DNA of 58,490 bases, filler included, from Jimgerdemannia flammicorona (Eukaryota), in the NCBI GenBank assembly GCA_003990765.1. It is 2 parts of 2 records of this genome, joined end to end, with 100 filler letters (N's around TTAATTAATTAA, not from the genome) between each part and the next. Parts side by side here need not be neighbours in the genome. Positions count along the whole stretch, not along the records: positions 29,300 to 58,490 come from RBNJ01000511.1; 1 more part is not named here. The stretch is one strand, 5' to 3'. This document shows, piece by piece, positions 53,737-58,490 of the stretch (its first letter is position 1; every line of letters starts with the position of its first letter). Made by a program: the position numbers and the translations under genes. The notes under the pieces were generated by a model, which worked only from the letters and a program-made list of their open reading frames with translations, was not told where the DNA came from and ran no database searches.

Positions 53737-54294
53737 TATGGTATGGTCGAGGTGGTGTTCTGCATCAAGGACTCACCTAGGGCGTGTGCCACCTCGTGGC
53801 GGATCCTGTTCCCGGAATATGAACAGGATGAGCGAACACACAAATGGTGAGCTTGATTCCATCACGCATACCTTTGATATTCAGCGTGGTCAAGGTCGTG
53901 TTCTGCTTCAGAGATTCAACTAGCGCGTGAAATCTCGTCTTTGATGTTATTGGCTGAACATGAATAGGAGATGGATGAGCGAACACACACATATCAGGAG
54001 CTTAATTCCATCGCAGAGCTGTACACAATTCTTCACATAGTTTCGACATACATTTGATATCCAGCTCGTGTTCTGCTTCAATGACTCGGCTAGAGCGCGT
54101 GCCCCCTCGTTGCCGATTTTGTTCCCTGAACATGGGTGAACACGCACATATCGTGAGCTTTAATCCATCGCGCAGCTGCACACAATGCTTCATAGAGTTC
54201 TGACATACATTCGAGATTAAGCGTGGTCAATATATCGCATTTTGCTTCAGAGACTCGACTAAGGCACGGGGCCTCTCGTCGCTGATATTGTTGC
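53737..54294 (-). pseudogene. Four orphan frameshifted LRR exons (LKQNTT subfamily)
   Basis: Exon relics 54294-54209 (86 nt), 54125-54052 (74 nt), 53953-53872 (82 nt) and ~53812-53737, e.g. GNKIGNEGARALAESLKQNTS. GTATG donors and a shared intron motif GATGGAWTYAAGCTCAC..GTGTTC. Confidence 0.85.
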
Positions 54295-54348
54295 CTTTAT
54301 ATGAACAGGGGGACTGTGAGTCTGATTTTATCTCGTAAAGCTTTAGAC

Positions 54349-54620
54349 TAGTGCTCCCAAACGAATGATTCGAATCAATTCGAAGTGATTTCCAAATTAG
54401 GCCACGAACGTTTTCCTCAATAACTCCATGAGATTTTATCCGATTTTGGTGCTCTTGGTGTTATTGGAAAGCCATTATAGAGAGCTTTCCGATGACACTA
54501 GTTATATCAAAATCGGATAAAATCTTGTGGAGTTATTGAGGAAAACGTTCGTGGCCTAATTTGGAAATCAAAACAATGTTCGAATCGATTCGAATACCAT
54601 ATCTGATTCGAATCATGCAC
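54349..54620. mobile_element. TAGTGCT-family foldback element with a long internal hairpin
   Basis: Starts TAGTGCTCCCAAA like the 52728 element. 54386-54570 folds back with a perfect 43-bp outer stem. Right end and TSD are unclear. Confidence 0.75.
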
Positions 54621-55800
54621 AGTAAGAAGATTGTGGCGCAGGTGTTGGTCAGACGAAATAACAGTCACCCACGCTCAAGTCTTTCCCACACCTTTCCCAC
54701 AACGAGATTACCGAAGCTGAGGAAGCCCACACTCTATACCAAAAAAGAAAAAAAGAAAACAATTTAAATTACTCTCACGGCCACTTTACACACCCCACTG
54801 CAAACACCCCAGCGAGATAACACCATGGAGACCCCTCCACCGAGATCTCTTCAAGATCAGCATCATTGGCCGGCGAGATTAGACCACACCAACGAATTTC
54901 ATCCCGACATGGCCAAATCACTTCCCGAGTAGGTCTTGTTGGTCCTCTAGGTTGGGAGGGTTTCAGGTCAAGTTCGGGTTGATCCTATATGTGACTCGAC
55001 CTACAACAAAAACACGCAATGGCGGAAACACCTGTTCATGTCGTACGTTTGTCAATGGGGGTGAACGGTCTTTTATATTATATTAATACATCTACCCATT
55101 TGCCCATAGCGACAGGCATATGCTTTCGCCAATATCGCAGGGGAGGGAGCAGTGGACAAGGCCATGAAGGCTCATTTTCGTGCTGCAGGTAAGTAATTAA
55201 GAGTCTATAAAGTAGTCAAAGAAATTGAATCGACAGCGATTCCCATGCTGGTTTTTGCAATCTCTCGTAATTGCGGGACACAGTATTGGCTAAGTTTCGT
55301 TGGTTGCTCCGAACAATTTTACAACCCACACCTATCAAGGCAAGGAAATCCGCGTCGCCTCGCCAATTAGCTGCAACAAAGCCGCTACGATCCGGCCAAC
55401 CCTGTCCCGAAACCCACGCGCTCCCAGTCAAAACTCTTGCCCGCCTCCCTAACAAAACGCCACTTCAGCTACACGCACTCGCAGCGAAAGACAATGGCAA
55501 CCTCTACGATCCCGCTGAGTTCATGTGTACACGGCGGATGGCATGTATGGGTCGAGTAGGAGGCATCGATGGAGCTCGATTCGACGAGTTTGTCAGAGTC
55601 GTCGAGTCATATAGTCTAATGTAGGTGAGGTGACTTATTACAGGGATCTCAATGTATATGGAGGAAAAGGGGAATGCGAGGTAATCGCACTGCATCGGAG
55701 AGAGTGAAATGCAGCACCTTGTCGTCCGGCAATATTTCTACTCCCTGTCCAAAGCCACTCATCGTCTTCTTTAATTTGCACATAAGCCAACATAGGACGT

Positions 55801-57377
55801 GTTCCGCAAATTCTAGGAGGTGGTCAAAATCACATCTAAAAGCACTCCAACCCTGTCGTCGCGCAGAGTATTACTCCTCGGTCACTCTATACACCTGCGA
55901 TATCTTGTTTGCGGATCTGAAAATGTTGCTCACGGTATGCTTTGGATCCGTGTAGGTCAGAAAAACATATCATAACCAGCAGTAGTCCATTGTTCAGTCC
56001 ATCATCGATATTGTCGCCAGTCAGCCGTCTATAATTGTCCATTCTATTGTCATTCAGTAGTATATCATCCAGTCCATCATCGCTCAGCTGTCAATCATCA
56101 TTCAGTGATACATCATTGTCCATTGTCCAGTTATCGGCGCTCAGCAGTCCATTGTCCATTCCATCGTCATTCAGCCGGCATCGCTCAGCAGTCCGTCGTC
56201 ATTCATTGTTGAGTTCATAATCCAGTCCAGTACATTGTCCATTCCATTACTGCTCAGTAGTCCATCGTCACTCAGCCATCCATCGCTCGGCAGTCATTAT
56301 TCGGCGAATGTCCGATGGTGCTGTTGTTCAGCAGATATTTGTCACTGGATATTCCTCATCGCCATTCTGCGGATGATTCTTGGTTGATACCATTCTGCAG
56401 ATATTCCTCCTCGTCGTTTTACGGATGATGAACTAGACAAGGGACTGCTAAGCGAGCGACAACTGCTGAGCGACAATGGAATAAACAGTGGATGACGACG
56501 AATTGCTGAGCGACGACAACAAACGTGATGGCGATTATCCCATAGAGCGTACCTGGGTTGGGTTTAATAAAAAGAAAAAATAAAATAAAAAACATTTATC
56601 TCTGGAACAGCTTTGTATATATCCATGAATATGCCAGAGCTGGTCTAGATTGTGACTGTAGATTATGCGCGACTTTTGTGATGAAAATATCATCTCTGGA
56701 TATATGAATGAATTGTGCTGAGATTTGCAAAACAATACTTGAGACATCAAGAGATTCTCTAAAGAGCTCTCAGGTTGTTCTCTGAAAAATATATATAACA
56801 TATCAGGATATTTTGTATCAAATTACCAGGCATGTTCTGGCAGAACTGTTGGGTACTCCTGGGGCCCAGGTTGTGAAAAATACCAAATATTTTCGAGTAT
56901 TTCCAACCACATCTCAATTTCGTGATTATATTGTTGGTTCTACAATTTGGTTATTATGCAGAATTAAATATACTGCGCATTTATTAATTTGGCACAATAT
57001 ATTTGTACCAACATACCGAATACTTTGCAACCGCTGTGAAAAAGCAAAGGCGAGTCCGAAGCTTGATCTAATTATAAGTGGTTCTGATGACGTATGTGAC
57101 TGTCTATTTGGGTTGTGTTTTTTTTTTGCCACCGTTTTTTTTGCCACAACTTTTGCCCTTTACCCCCCAACCCGCCGTTACCAGCACTATTCTTCTTATC
57201 AACCGCATCTCCGCCGCCGGGATTTTGTTTTCTTGCAAACTAACTGAGTCAAATAGAATAGAAAGCATGACGTATCCATCCAGGTGAGTACACATATATC
57301 AGACAAGGGATACTATGGGAAAACTTACAACTTGTATGCCAGAAGGTGGGAATGGCAACGTGAGTGGTAACGTTGGA
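55801..57377. repeat. Right arm of the long inverted repeat (partner 38261-39694)
   Basis: Reverse-complement collinearity with 38261-39694, with substitutions and indels (e.g. an extra ~50 bp near 55890). Confidence 0.9.
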
Positions 57378-57442
57378 ACTGTCAGAACAGACATAGCGTA
57401 GAGTGACAACCTATTTGAAACCTGTGATATCTCTATTCATGT

Positions 57443-58388
57443 ATGGTTGCGTCACCTCGTTTCTACCATAGCACAAAATTCAAACCCACTTACAGGAAGA
57501 AGTGCCGCAACGAACTTCTCGAACTTTGTGCGGGGAGGCATCTTCAAGTAGACCAAAGCGATAGCAAGGACAAGTTGGCACAAAGTCTCGTAGACTATGA
57601 CATAGCCAAGGACCCTTATGTGCATAGGACGAAGCTTGAACTGGCTGCTCTTCTTAGGGCTCGGAATCTGGTTGTGGCTATTAGGGATCCCAAAACTGAC
57701 ATGGTCCGACGCCTCTTGGAAGACGATCAGCGGATTGCTTCAAATATTCGCGGTGACGGTGACAGCGCCACCAGCACTAGTGTGTATGGTTCATCAGCAT
57801 ACAAGTCTGCAGATGATTCTGGCAGTGATACATCTGACTCGAGTATATCCAGTTTGTATGAGTCTGATGGAGCTGGGAGTAGGACCTCGGAAGCTGGTAG
57901 TAGGTAAGTACGGCGGGTCAACGGTTGAGGTATAGAATGTTGGGATCTATATGCTTAGGAGGTGGGCGAGTTGGAAATGAAAGGATTTTTTTTTATAACT
58001 ATGTGCTGATGTACTTTTTATTCATTCTGTTTTTTCTATAGTGACGAAGGTACGCAGAAGGACAATAGGAGACATCAGTTAGCTACTCATGATATGTCCA
58101 GATCAGCAGCCCATGACACCCTCACGACAACGCCGACCTCTGCAATCCACGACACCCTCACAACAACGCCGACCTCTGCAGCTCATGACACCCTCACGAC
58201 AACGCCGACCTCTGCAATCCACGACACCCTCACAACAACGCCGACCTCTGCAGCTCATGACATCCTCACAGCAACGCTGCCATCTGCAGCCTCGTCGCTC
58301 GTGCTCGCAGCCCCAGAACCTTTGTCGATGTCGACCCATTCTCCGCAGATACTATTCACTTCAGATGGGAATACTGCTGAGGAGAGAA
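57443..58388 (+). CDS. Protein with two SAP/HeH-like helical motifs, a Ser-rich linker and 12-aa Thr-rich repeats; start uncertain, 3'-partial
   Basis: ELLELCAGRHLQV..SKDKLAQSL and ELAALLRARNL..KTDMVRRL. Intron 57904-58041 joins in frame to the (HDTLTTTPTSAx)n exon. Next donor at 58389. Confidence 0.6.
58104..58290 (+). repeat. Coding minisatellite, 36-bp unit, ~5 copies
   Basis: CAYGACACCCTCACRACAACGCCGACCTCTGCA repeats, alternating SAIHD and SAAHD. Confidence 0.9.
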
Positions 58389-58490
58389 GTATGTGTTTGG
58401 TATTGTGAAAATCGTTTATTTCATTAATGAGTTGGCATTACCCATATATGAAGCTGACGACCTGTTTCACAATCCACCCCCATCCCCCCC

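Noticed and set aside
54780..55800. Exon-like fragments (also at 31000-31700, 39700-40600 and 47400-48170)
   Set aside because: Stops and frameshifts and no recognisable domain. Probably pseudogene debris, not assignable without a search.

Overview
Eukaryotic, intron-rich fungal DNA, most likely an early-diverging fungus such as Mucoromycota (inferred from gene content and style). The window appears to be two contigs of near-equal length (1-29199 and 29300-58490) joined by an artificial 44N-TTAATTAATTAA-44N spacer, so adjacency across 29200-29299 should not be trusted. Contig 1 has a compact housekeeping cluster: NEDD8/RUB1, methionine aminopeptidase 2, a Ser/Thr-rich GPI-type protein, ICE2 and a TMEM230-like gene. 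About 20 kb of decayed transposons follow: a hAT-type foldback MITE, a Ty3/gypsy chromovirus carrying a dUTPase between gag and protease, and a near full-length L1/Tx1-like LINE. These show a strong RIP-like C-to-T signature. Contig 2 holds a deletion-riddled BRR2 pseudogene, more hAT-type MITEs, and a ~19 kb block bounded by ~1.5 kb inverted repeats. Inside that block is the most interesting locus: an apparently intact 27-exon gene, SAM / coiled coil / COR-like / LRR. Its 14 RI-type LRRs are each encoded by an exact 84-nt phase-1 exon in a tandem intron+exon array, with variation concentrated at predicted binding-face residues. It has an alternative last exon, and orphan LRR pseudo-exons lie nearby. 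It is a candidate modular, diversifiable immune-receptor system. All exon models and alignments were made by eye.
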